From Chiloscyllium plagiosum (taxonomy: Eukaryota): a DNA stretch of 56,770 nt. Position numbers and translations under genes: made by a program. The notes below the pieces were generated by a model. That model saw only the letters and a list, made by a program, of their open reading frames with translations, was not told the DNA's origin and did not search any database. Location: assembly GCF_004010195.1 (NCBI RefSeq), contig NC_057735.1, positions 7,499,237 through 7,556,006 on the forward strand. Reading direction: 5' to 3'. The first letter of the stretch is position 1; every line of letters begins with the position of its first letter. This document shows, piece after piece, positions 1 to 11,720 of the stretch.

Positions 1-312
1 GTATTAAGCAAGGTGAAAATGTGATCTCTGAAGGCGACACACAGAGGCTTCAAGGAATGATTGTTTGAAAATCTCTGGCCAGTTTGATTGTGGATGCTTT
101 TATCATTGAATTTATTTCAGGATGAAATAAAAAGATTTTCATCTATGAGAATCAAGGATATAGAAAAAGGGTGGAAAATTGATTTAAGGTCAATGATCAG
201 CCAAGATGTTATTGAATGGCAGAGTAAGTTCAAGTGACAGTAAAGCCTACTCCTGCCCCTCCTTCTTCAGTACTTGTTTCATCATCTGCTTCACAATGGT
301 TTCATCACTGGG

Positions 313-325
313 CTTCCTGTTATCT
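313..325. promoter_or_regulatory. Candidate ETS+GATA composite site upstream of gene 1 ATG (also 34747-34759 for gene 2)
   Basis: CTTCCTGTTATCT reads AGATAA-CAGGAAG on the minus strand, about 110-120 nt before the ATG in both copies. Motif match only. Confidence 0.35.
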
Positions 326-435
326 TCTTCTTCTTTTAAATTATTTCCACAGTTATATCAGGCATTTATTTCAATATCAGAACTAAGAGCTTGGTGACTG
401 AGGACAAGCAGTGATAAGCTCTTTGTGAACAAGAT

Positions 436-472
436 ATGTGGAGTATCGTTCTTCTCATTTGTTCCCTGCCTG
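436..472 (+). CDS. Gene 1 exon: signal peptide (MWSIVLLICSLP, phase 1)
   Basis: ATG at 436, hydrophobic leader, strong donor G|GTGAGT at 473. Joins in frame to the V exon (MWSIVLLICSLPVSGALSAEK). Near-identical copy at 34870. Confidence 0.88.
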
Positions 473-1960
473 GTGAGTGTCAGTCAGAGCTGAATAATTT
501 GTATTTGTTTAAATCTGGTATACAGGTTATAGGGTAGAGATGTTAAAGTACTTGGAGGCATGAAATGGTTTAAAAGAATCAGCAAACAATAATGAACGAT
601 ATTTTGGCAAAGTTCAGTAGCCTTTCAACTGCACAATTGGACCACGGAAATATTTATCACTATGTACTAAACCAGAGTATTGATTGTAAATAGTAACTAA
701 TAAGAATCATACCATTGTTTGATAATCTGGGTAGTCATCAAAACATAAAAATAACCTGTTTAAGATGTAAAAAAAAAATTGAATATCCTATTGTCCAATA
801 TACAGAGAAGTCTGCAGTGGTAAAAATATTTCAAATGGAATATGTCTTAAGTTTGCAATTGTTTCTGTTATTTAAAGCACTTTGATAAAATGTTGTTCTA
901 ACAGTCACAGTATCACTGATCAACTGTTTGCATATATTACTCACAATAGAAAACTGTTTTCTTCTTACTCTTAAACATCAAACACCTCAGTTTAGCTTTT
1001 ATCCCTACAATTCTATATTAACCTTAAAATGTTATGCTATAACAGAATTGTAATGAATCGCACCCATTTCTCTGCTACTAATGGCAAGTATGTTTTCTCA
1101 CCAGAATGCTAAACTCACCCATTCCTGCATCATGAATCTGATTTCTTTTGCATTCAGCCTGTTGATAAAAAAATCATGCCTCTAATTTACTATTTACAAA
1201 AACATATTTCACAACTGACCAAATGTACTTCTGCATTTTCAACTGAAACATGCTCCAGTCTATCATTCTTCCTGTTTGCAATACTTCGTCTTTCCAATCT
1301 GATTTATCTTCTTTTCCCTTACCTTGTCTTCCCTTTTTAATCCTTTCTGCAATCGTTTTGCTATACTCTCTGCTTCTCCACACAATTTTTGGTATTCTAT
1401 TTCAGTATAAACTATTTCCCCATTTGCAAGTTTCTCCTCAGCAAGGTAACCTGGCCTATTACATGTTCAAAGACCATTTTTGCATTCTCTGCAGGTCATT
1501 CCTCCTCTGACAACTTCACATTGCCTGGAATCTGAACCCTGTCCCACTGAAACATTTCTCCCATAAGATAATTACTCTCCTTGTCTTATTCTTATACTGG
1601 CTGCCCTAATGTAATGGGAATAACCCTGGGCTAAGTGTCAGTTGCATTGAGGCTTTCAGACAGATTCTCATCATGAAATGTCTTGCTACTTTTAACCAAA
1701 TCAGAAGTAACTCACAAGTCAACAAATATTGCAAACAGACTGCCATCCCTTGTACCTGCACTATCTCAATATGCCTGTTATGGATGTAGACAAATACCGT
1801 TAGTCTAAAGTTGCCAGTCTGGTCTGAGGTTGCCATACTGGCCAGTACAGTCTCAACCATCTGGAGGAAGATACAGCATTGTAGAAAGAAGGTCAACAAG
1901 CTTCTCCACTTCTCCAGTATGAGTCCCACTATCTTCTGCCCAATACATCATATTCCCTAC

Positions 1961-1986
1961 CTCTCTCTCTCTTTCTCTCTCTCTCT
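1961..1986. repeat. (CT)n microsatellite (paralog 36454-36488)
   Basis: Direct inspection. Confidence 0.85.
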
Positions 1987-3799
1987 GCACTACTCACCTC
2001 CCACCAAGGCTCATGTTCCACTATTCTCACTGTTGCCTGCAGCATCTGCCTTCATCATTATCCTTCATCCAAAACCCTGACACGACTATCCCTAAACATC
2101 CTCTGCTTTGCCTGCTCACTCACTTGGAATAACTTCCTACCTGCACCAAAAACAATTCAGCTGTGTCATCATCTTTCATCTCCCTTAATACTGAGCTCTC
2201 TCTCCTTCCAGAAGGGTAACAGTTCACAGTAGGGCAGAAAGAGTCAAGACGAGAGCTGGGCTGTCAGATATTCAGCTTCTCAGCCCTTAAATGAATGCAA
2301 TCCTAACTGCGACCTCTCAAGTGGCTGACAGACTGAGTTCAAAACTCTAGTCTGGTATCAGAGACTGATCTTGACTTCCTGTGCTGTGAAATACCTGAGA
2401 GAAGGCTATCCCTCTTGATTTGATTGAGACCAACTGACAATTATGATGAGCTTCCAAACTTTGTGCCTGTGCTAAATGGTGAGGCATGACACAAGTTATA
2501 TGAGCCTGGTACCTCGGACTGAGAGAGTAGTATGCAAAAAGAGAAGGCATGGAGAGGCAAGGCGGGTGTTCTAAGCATCCAGGTAGGTTTTGAACGAGTG
2601 CAAACAAACAGGCCAGATATACAGCCTGGTCTAGTCCATGAGCAGGGCGCATGCCCCTGACTACAAAATTACAATCATTGTTGCTAGTGCAGTGTTAAAG
2701 TCCAGATATGTACAGTAAATGGTTTGGAGATGTACGATGAGGGTTCTTAAAGGCTGGCACCAGTTATAATGTCAATGTCTGTCGATGTGTGGCTGAAGCC
2801 CATGGAGTGGACAGTGACATGTTGGTGCCCAGTATTCAACAAGAAGGTTTGTTGGAGCAAGTGAAGAGCATGATTTAACTAGTTAGCTGCTCTGATACCA
2901 TTTCAAGAATTCTCGATGGCTAGCTTGTGAGACATACTCACTAAGGGCAGAAGTTAAATATTGATGAGGTGAGTTGTGACATTAATGAGGCATTTAACAA
3001 GTTATAATCCTCATTAATTGGTGTATCATCGCTTCTTGTTGAGAAACATACCTCACTATAAATCCACAAAAGATATAGCAAGTTTCTCCCGATGCAGAAA
3101 CAGGCCTTACTGGAATTCTTACCCCATTCTGATACAAAATTCACCATATCCCAGGTCATTCACAATTCTATAAGAACTTGCTTCAAGTTCCTTCACGTTC
3201 CCTTGCTGAACATCAGTGGAAAATGTTGTCCTTGCCTAGTCCGGCTTACACATGACTCCTGACCTACAGTAATGCAGTTGATACTAATATCCTCCATGCA
3301 ATTAATGCAGGACTTTAAATTCTGATCTGGCCAATGACACCCACAAACCATAAGGAATAAAGAAAAGCTTCCTTTCTATGTTCTTGTTGCATGAACTACA
3401 TGGTTTTCCCTCTCCAAATCCTGCTGCAGTTGAAGATGTTGTTACAGGATATGAAAAGATTAATAAAGATGTATGCCAGTCACATTACCCACTATGATGA
3501 ACCACATGGACCCGTCAGTGAACAGCTTAGGATCTCAAAGAAGTTATGACCTAATACACAGGTCCTATGCATAGTCTCTATAACAATGTTTCTCATAACA
3601 ATGTGACTTGTTGCTAATAGGCAATAATAGTAGAAGACGTCCATTTAAAAGATACTTAGATAAGAACATGAATAGGAAAGATTCAGAGAGTGATGGGCTA
3701 AGAGCAGGCAGGCGGGACTACTTTAGTTTGGGATTATGTTCAGCATGGACTGGTTGGACCAAAGGGTCTGTTTCTGAGTTGTATGACTATGACCTTTGG

Positions 3800-3982
3800 G
3801 CTGCTCCCTCATGAGAGAAAGAAAACTGATGGTGAATTTAACCTGAGGATCACCATGCTTCAGGCAAGGGGAAAGGTCAAGGAGGTCTTCATGGAGTCTG
3901 TAGCCAGTGCGGGATTTAAACTCAGAAAGTTGGCATCACTCGACATTTTAAATCAACCATCCAGCCAACTAAGCTAACCAAC
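3800..3982 (-). mobile_element. tRNA-derived SINE (related copies about 9415-9595 +, 19148-19372 +, 38370-38548 -, 51060-51160 +)
   Basis: Shared TTAGCTYAGTTGGCTGGAT...GGGTTCAATTCC A/B-box-like head and common body in several copies. Confidence 0.6.
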
Positions 3983-5249
3983 TGCCTCATAGGCAGCAAG
4001 CTACTTCTTGTTCAATGCAACAGTCACTTCTAGTTAGACCAGTAAGTGGTTTTTTTCCTGCCACGCTGTACCAAGTAGTCATTGTAGATTCCTACAAAGA
4101 GGAAGCCAGTTGCAAACTTGGTTTCAATAACAGTGCACTTGATAGCAGCCAACAATGGAGAGGCTGGAAATTCAGTTCCTCAGTGTTGAATGAATTGGAG
4201 AAAACCTCAAATTCAATTGTTGTTGCCATTATGAACACAGATTCACATTCACATAGAACCTTTCAAAACTCCAGATGTCCCAAAGTACACAACAGTCATT
4301 TATTTATTTGAACTTATGCCATTTCTGTAATGATGAGGAAATGGTCATGAATTTGTGCAGAGGAAGGTTCCCAGTTAGTGGATGAGAATAACCAGATAAT
4401 CTGTTTTCTCAGTGATTGTTGGATGAAGAGTAATTGTTAACGAGCATCTTGAGAAGTATTTTCCTGTTCTTGTTAAAATTACACCATGGTTACTTTTCCA
4501 CACAGGAACGTTTCTGTCCACATGAGAGGGTAAATATGGGGTTGCAGTGGCTGGCTGAAAAGCCAGTGAGACCCTCTCAATACCTTTTTCCCAGAGGCCT
4601 GTGCATCTTGATACAATCTCAGCAGATGATAACTAGGCCCTCCCCTACAATCGGGGACCTGGTGATGGAGAGCCTGCCACCAAAGGCAACAGGTCTTCAG
4701 GACCTGAATGCCATTGGGAGGTGCTGACGATAGTTGGTATTTCAACTGCCCAAGGCTCCTGAATAAGCACAGAGCCAGGGACAGCTAAGTCACAGTGAAA
4801 GAGGTCTCATGGGGCATAGGTTATTGGGAAAGTGGCATGAAGGAGGAGTTTATTGGCAGCAAGGAAGGGTTGGAGGCTTTCAGCAGGAAATCCCGGCGAC
4901 CAAACCTCTTGAAGCAAGATCTCTTGGTCAGGTACTGAGGTGCTTTGGATAAGAGTCCCCCTGAGAACCCACAAGCAAACATGGCTGAGTTTAGATATTA
5001 TACTGAACCCTCAGCTGCCACTGAGTTTATAACAATAGCAACAAGATGAAGCCATGAATTGATCTCAGTTGAGGTCAGAGCGGGAAGCCTTTCAATACCA
5101 GTACTCAACAAAGTGGAAATGGGACAGTCTCCACCTCCCCCTTCTCCAGCCAATTAATTGACTCTTACTACAAAACGTGGCACAAGTTGGAGGATACAAG
5201 ATGACACACATGGCCAGGAAGTGCAGCGCCGTCCCTCATCACTGATCTG

Positions 5250-5333
5250 AAGGGCTTTTACCCGAAACGTCGATTTTACTGCTCCTCGGATGCTGCCTGA
5301 ACTGCTGTGCTCTTCCAGCGCCACTAATCTAGA
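5250..5333 (+). mobile_element. Penelope-like terminal fragment, specific to copy A
   Basis: aagggcttttacccgaaacgtcg...; 9-bp TSD ACTGATCTG (5241-5249, 5334-5342); absent at the paralogous site near 43305. Confidence 0.75.
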
Positions 5334-6225
5334 ACTGATCTGGAATGACAGCTAGGATCTTCAGCTCTGGGTGGAATTTGATCAAACAATGTATTAGCAC
5401 AGACATGAGGGTGCCAATACAAAGCCACAGCTGTCACCACAACCATTGTTACTAAGGGACATACTTTAACCCTTAGGAAGCAGGTGGGGCTGTTAGCAGC
5501 TGAGGTTTGAATTGTAAGAAGCTTGAATCTCAACCTAATTCCGTCAACAACCCACCCAATTCTCATTCAAATGGAAGAGTCAAGACACGGAATGTGCTTG
5601 ATGGAGGCTCCAGGGAGGCATCTCGGCTTTTAAATATGTTAATTAGTTCAAATTGCTCCTTTGAATTCACCTATTGGCTGAGAACTATGACATTTCAAGA
5701 AGGTGTGGCACTGAGGGTATTGATTCAGGGGTATTGTACATTTCATCTTCATTGATGGATCCTGTGTCATTCCTTGGCCAGCAGCGACCAATCAGGAAGT
5801 CCCTTCTCTATCCTTCTGATCTCCTCCAACCTCATATAGCCACCAACATCTCAACCCAAGAAGCAGGTTTCTACTTTCTAACCCCACGATCAACCTGCAA
5901 ACACAAGACATTATCCATGGAATTAAACCCCACAGAATGTGACTGAATCCCAATTTCCAGATTCCCTGCTCTTGATTACTGCAGTTGGGTCAAGAAAGTT
6001 ATCAATCTCCAAACATCCCCACGAGACAAAACCATAGGATCTGTCACATTCTGAGGCTGTGATAGGTCACTATACTAATATTTCCTTTCAACACAAACTA
6101 GAAGAAATTCAACAGTGTTAATAGATGTGCTTGAGAGATTCCTATCTACAGGGCTAATTCTTATTAAAATGTGTTGGTTTGAAGTATTTCTTTCCTGTTC
6201 AACTTATGAAATGTTGTCTACCCAG

Positions 6226-6546
6226 TTTCAGGTGCATTGTCAGCAGAAAAGAAAGTAGCAGGAATTGTGGGAAGAGCGATTACAATAAATTGTTCTTATG
6301 ACAAACAGTACCAGCAAAATATGAAATACTGGTGTCATGGTTGGACTAATCAATGTACATATGTGGTGAGAACAGGTGATCCAGAGGGACAGCAAGGAAG
6401 AATGTCAATTAAAGATAACAAGGCACAAGGAGTATTTATTGTTACAATGGAAAACCTTCACAGGGAAGATGCAGGATGGTACAGCTGTGGTATTGATCGA
6501 CCTGGACTTGATTTAAAGTTTGCCTTACCGCTACATGTGTCTTATA
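6226..6546 (+). CDS. Gene 1 exon: CD300/pIgR-like V-set Ig domain
   Basis: Acceptor cccag at 6225 (an in-frame alternative tttcag at 6231 also exists). ITINCSY...KYWC-x6-C...GRMSIKD...F.VTMENL..EDAGWYSCG is the CD300/pIgR/TREM-type V domain with a second disulfide. Phase-1 donor A|GTATGA. Confidence 0.93.
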
Positions 6547-6550
6547 GTAT

Positions 6551-6879
6551 GAGCTGGAAATGTGTTGCTGGAAAAGCGCAGCAGGTCAGGCAGCATCCAG
6601 GGAACTGGAGAATCGACGTTTCGGGCATAAGCCCTTCTTCAGGAATGGGGAAGCCGGAAGATGAGGCGTTCTTCCTCCAACCGTCGTTTTGTTGTGGTCT
6701 GACGATGGAGGAGTCCAAAGACCTGCATATCCTTGGTGGAGTGGGAGGGGGAGTTGAAATGTTGAGCTACAGGGTGGTTGGGTTGGTTGGTCCGGGTGTC
6801 CCAGAGGTGTTCTCTGAAACGCTCCGCAAGTAGCCGGCCTGTCTCCCCAATATAGAGGAGGCCACATCGGGTGCACATC
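6551..6879 (-). mobile_element. Penelope-like element fragment (GIY-YIG endonuclease 3' part plus terminal repeat)
   Basis: Minus-strand CTRCGLLYIGETGRLLAERFREH...HFN; same family as 55013-56770. Confidence 0.88.
6611..6646 (-). ncRNA. Minimal type I hammerhead ribozyme motif (Penelope-associated)
   Basis: Minus strand ATTC-CTGAAGA-A-GGGC-TTAT-GCCC-GAAA-CGTC-GATT: CUGANGA core, stem II, GAAA, palindromic ACGU stem III, GUC site. Confidence 0.7.
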
Positions 6880-8364
6880 TGGCTTACACATACCTCCTGA
6901 CCCACACCAATGTGATTGAGCCTTAACTAACTTTAAAATACTCTAGACCCTCATTAATTGCTGGCCCGGCTAGCAATGCCGATACTCATGAATGAAGAAA
7001 ACAAACATAGGACCTGAGGTACAGGAGGAGGCCATTCAGCCCATTGAGCCTGCTCCACCTTTCAATTTGAACATAAAATATAGGACATCATCAGAACAGG
7101 CCCTGCAGCCCACCATGCCTGTGCAGACTATGATACCATTCTGAACTAATCCTATCCACCTATATATGGTCCATATTCCTCTATTCCCTGTTTGTTCATG
7201 AGTCTGCCTAAATGCCTCTTAAACTTGGCTAACCTATTTACTTCTACTACTCTCCTGGCAGTGTGTTATTTCAGCTGCTGATCACCTCAATATCACCTTG
7301 TCACACTAACTTTGTTACTTTGATCAATCAATTTCAGTCTTAAACAGATAGAAAACTGTGTCTCCATTGCCTCTATAGGCCCCCATCACAGCTCAATGTT
7401 AAAGAGCCTCCCATCTTATCCTGAGATTAGCAGGAGAAACATATTATCTGCATCCAGCCTGTCACACTCTGTCATAAGTTTCAATAAGGCCACCCCTTAA
7501 CTTTCAAAATTCCTAGGAATGCAGACACAGCTTCCTTGCATCATAATTCCACTATCCCAGGAATTAATCTGATGAGCTCCTGTTGCACTCTCTATAAAGC
7601 AAGTACATTCTTTCTGGAAAGGAAACCAAACTGTGCCCAAGCCGATATGCTGTATACAATTTGCTTAACTTCAGGCTATTGATAAATACATTCCATGGGA
7701 ATGAAATCACCACAGTTTGCTCCCTCTGTACTTGGTTCAATGTCATTAATATTAATAGTTGCAAATAGTCAGAGTATTGAACAGGAAATGTTAAATTTTG
7801 AGAAAATGTTAAAAATGTCATTAACATATTTAGTCGGTTAAGAGATAGAACTACAGTCAGACATCACGTGTTGAACTGTGTGTGTTATGATCTGCCTGTA
7901 CTGCATGCAAAACAATACTTTTCACTTTACCTCGGTACACATGACAATAATAAATCAAATCAAATCATATCAGATCTTTGTTAGATATCACACAATTAAA
8001 TGCTTGCATTCAGGCTAAGGCTGGTGAATTATAAATACAAAAGCAGTGAGTCTCAATTTATTACATATTACACAAATTCTCAGAAAATGATAAAGTTGGA
8101 ATTAATCCAAATGTTGGGAGCTCAGCATGGTTCATAGGCTGCCTAGTATGCTGGATGATACACATAAAAAAACAATCTATCAGGTCAGTATAAAATAATT
8201 CAACTCTACGAGTGAACTAAATTTTTGTTCTGCACTCTCTTAATCTATAACTTAAGGATAAATGAAATGAGATGCATTCATCCCATGGAAACAGTGCATT
8301 TCATGAGACTGAATATCAGTGAGAAGAACAAAATGTTGTGACTGTTGCTCCTGCATCTCATCTG

Positions 8365-9300
8365 CCATTCCTCTGTTTCCCTGTTATAAATTCTCCAGAT
8401 GATCTTCAAAGGATTCCATGTTTACTTTAGCTACTCTCTTAATATTCATGCATCTGTAGAAGCTCTTGATGTTAGATTTTATATTTCTTACTAATTTCAT
8501 TTCATTATCAATTTTCTCCCTCTTTAATAGATTTATAGTCACTTGCTGTTTCCTAAAATAATTTCCAATCACCTGGTCTGTCACTAGTTTCTGCTACTTT
8601 GTATGCCTTCATCTTTGATTGGGTACTCTCCTTGGCAACCTTTGTTCATCCTTCTCACCAAGTCTGTCTTTTTGACTGGAATAAACAATTACTGAGGGTT
8701 ATGAAATATCTGCGTAAATGTCTGCCATTGCTCTTCCACTGACTTTCCCTTTGTCTGTTTCCCAAACTGCATTAAACAATGTTTTCTCATACCTCTATAA
8801 TTGCCTCTAAGCCGAGGACACTGGTTTGAGACCCAAGGTGCTCGCCCTCAAATTGAATTTGAAATTCTATCATGTTGTGATTGCTAGCCTCTAGGGCAAT
8901 ATTAATTATTAGTTATTTTAATAACCCTAGGACATTACACATTATTAGATCTGTAAAAGGTGTTTCCTGGTTGATTCTGCAATGTATTACATGAAGAAAC
9001 AAATCCTGTGTACCTTACAAATTCATCTTCCATGTTAACTCTCTCCACTGCCCAGAAAAGATACAGACTAGAATTACCCATGACAATTATAATGCTCTTC
9101 ATACACACCTCCATTACTTCTAAATTTATACTTTGCCCCATAATGATACAACTCTTTGTGCCGATAAATGACTCCCATCCATGAATTCTCTCTCTTGCTA
9201 TTCCTTATTTCAACCAAAATGAATTCCTCATCATGACCTATTGTGCCTCCATTACTACTGACCACCACATAAACCTCTTGACTGTGGTACAAAGACAACA
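8365..9300 (-). mobile_element. Degraded CR1 LINE ORF2 fragment (endonuclease to linker)
   Basis: MGVIYR, IIIVMG, and KLVRNIKSNIKSFYRCMNIKRVAKVNM motifs typical of CR1. Confidence 0.75.
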
Positions 9301-9958
9301 ATGGAAACTGCTTCAGAACCACTACAAATTCTGTTCTTGTCACTGTGCCTGAGGGCTATGTGATGGAAGGGCTCATAATTGAGGTGGCAGCAGAGCACTG
9401 AGCTATTGTGAATGTGTTAGCTTAGTTGGCTGGATGATGGATTTGCAATTCAGTAATAATGGCAACAGTGTGGGTTCAATTCCTGTATGAACTGAAGCTA
9501 CATGAAGGGGCTGCCTTGTCAACTTAGCTTGTTGCCTGAGCTGTGGTGACACTCAGATCAAACTCACCGTCAGTCATCTCATTCTGGTGAGTTTACCTTT
9601 ACCCACTGCCCATACTTCTAGACAGAATGGAAAATCCAGCTCATTAATGAGCAGGTTGTTGCTGCAATTAAATACTGTTAAAGTATACCAATTCTATCTT
9701 ATACTGAGAAAAATTATTGGCACTGAATCTCACATTGACCTATTTTCAGTATTTTTGCTGTTGTCCTGTTCAGTTCCTCAACTTATACTGGTCTTGAGAG
9801 TTCAGGCTTCTGGAAGGATGGCACAATATCGAGATGGAGAAGGTTTGGTGAAATTCCAACATGTCAGGCACTGGCTGAGGTAGACAAGTACTGCGAATCC
9901 ATGAGCATTACCTTTCTAGATATTCAACGAGTATTTAAATGTTTGTTTCTTTTCACAG

Positions 9959-10273
9959 AATCGGTATCTGTTCCAGTAATTTCATTTTCACCTTCATTAA
10001 ATACCCCGTGCTCAATGTCAGCCACCTGTGAATCTGACCAAGGATCGCTCCCCATTCGGTACACATGGTATGAACAGTATTCATCTGAAAACTCAAAGGT
10101 CTCTGACACCAATAAACTGGATCTACATTGTCAATTGTTCACAAAGAATAATCATAAATATCACTGCACAGCCTCAAATCTTCAGGGAATGAATTCCAGT
10201 GAAACGGTTTACGTGTTAGTCACCCACAACTCAGATGGGATCTGCAGTTATGTGGCACAAATCCACAACAGTA
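9959..10273 (+). CDS. Gene 1 exon: C2-type (FcR-like) Ig domain
   Basis: Acceptor ttttcacag, donor A|GTAAGT, phase 1/1. Motifs VSVPVI, TCES.QGSLPI.YTWY, YHCTASN...S. Paralogous exon at 50232. Confidence 0.9.
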
Positions 10274-10977
10274 GTAAGTAATACTTTAAACAAACAGCAT
10301 GATAATGATTTTTTTTTAATCAAAGTTTATCCAACAGATTGTAGTTCAAATTCCCTCAGACATTCATAAACTATAACTGGTCAAATTTACCCTATTTATT
10401 TTCTCAAGATTTAGAAACAGGGACATTGTTGTATGTTTCATTAGAAATGGAGGAGAATATTCCAAAGAAATGCTTCAACATTGGAGTAACTTCCATAATC
10501 CCATGAAGTTAAAAATGGTGAAATCTTTAAAAATGGCTTGGCCTGTTTCACACAAGTGGAATTCTGAAATGTAACCTCCAGCTGTTGTGATGAATTTAGA
10601 GGGCAATGGAGATAGGGTGAGAGATTGAGCCAAGCTGGGTAGCTTTTTCGGGAGCCAGTATAAATCTGATGGGCTGAATGGCATCCTTCTGTACTGTCAA
10701 ATTTGATCATTTTATAACAGGTTTTGATAAAGTAAACTTGAGTTGTTTCCATTCACCAGTCAGTGAGCAATTGATCTGCATGAAGTGAATATCATCACCA
10801 AAACGAGATAGAGAAGTGCATAGGATTTTATGATTGCAAGTAATATGTCCAACTAGAATGGAATCTGTTCTTTCGTCATGATCTGCTACAGATGCAGTTA
10901 GAAGACTTTTACCTTCAGCAGAGTACTTGCAACTGATGAGGCAACACTTATGTTAGCTCCTATAACATAATAATTGA

Positions 10978-11720
10978 TCAGGGGTAAAGTAGAGCTTTTG
11001 GAAAGATTTGTAGCTCAGGCTGTGGGTGAGGTTGTAGATTCATTTGGCGAGCTAATGCGTTTTTCTTCAGGCATTCTGTTGCCTCGCTAGGTGACATTGT
11101 CAGCACACCTCCGGTGAAGCTTTGGTGGTCTGTCCCGCCTGGCATTTGTATCTCTGTTTTCTGGTACTTTGGTTCTGTATCTAAGTGGTTTGTATGTGGG
11201 GTCCAGTTCAATTTGTGTGATGATTGAGTTTTGGTTGGAGTGCCAGGCTTCAAGGAGTTCTCTAGCATGTGTCTGTTTTGCCTGTGCTAGGATGGTTACT
11301 TTGTCCCAGTTGATTTGTGTCTTTCATTGGCTACGTGGGTGGGAATGAGAGAGTACTGGTCATGTTTGGCAGTGCCGAGCTAATGTTCATGCACTTGTAT
11401 GGTCAGTTTTCTTCCTGTTTGTCCTATGTAGTGTTTTTCACAGTCCTTGCAGGGTATCTTGTTGATAACATTCATCCTGTTGGATGTGGGTATTGGGTCT
11501 TTAACTTTTGTGATGAGCTGTTGAAAAGTGTTTACTGGTTTGTGGGCCACTCTGAATCCCTGGGGGTCTGAGTAGTCGGGTAGTTATTTCTGATATTTCC
11601 TTGATGTATGGTATGGTCACTATCATGTCTGGTCATATAGTATATTCTTCTTTGGGTTTGTTGAGTAAATACCAGAGTATTCTCCAAGTCTTCTTGGAGT
11701 ACCTGTTCCACAGTGTTCCT
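10978..11720 (-). mobile_element. Penelope-like element, second family (GIY-YIG and 3' end); continues at 12951-13027 (-) and 13222-13410 (+, inverted RT piece)
   Basis: Minus NVINKIPCKDCEKHYIGQTGRKLTIQVHEH; plus-strand INNILTRIKLTKKEENNSRLPFLDILVE...VYR..THTDQI. Confidence 0.8.

Larger units (their letters stand above)
1..8360 (+). repeat. Segmental duplicate copy A (paralog about 34450-46830)
   Basis: Colinear similarity from the window start through leader, intron 1, V exon and about 1.8 kb of intron 2, interrupted by copy-specific insertions. Confidence 0.92.

Noticed and set aside
206-397. 63-aa ORF conserved in both copies (also 2347-2652, 2941-3159 and their paralogs)
   Set aside because: Conservation is explained by the duplication; non-ATG starts or no recognisable domain.
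6547-6833. C-terminal half of the 198-aa ORF as a true receptor domain
   Set aside because: It is antisense Penelope sequence beyond the splice donor and is absent from gene 2; kept only as a possible read-through isoform.
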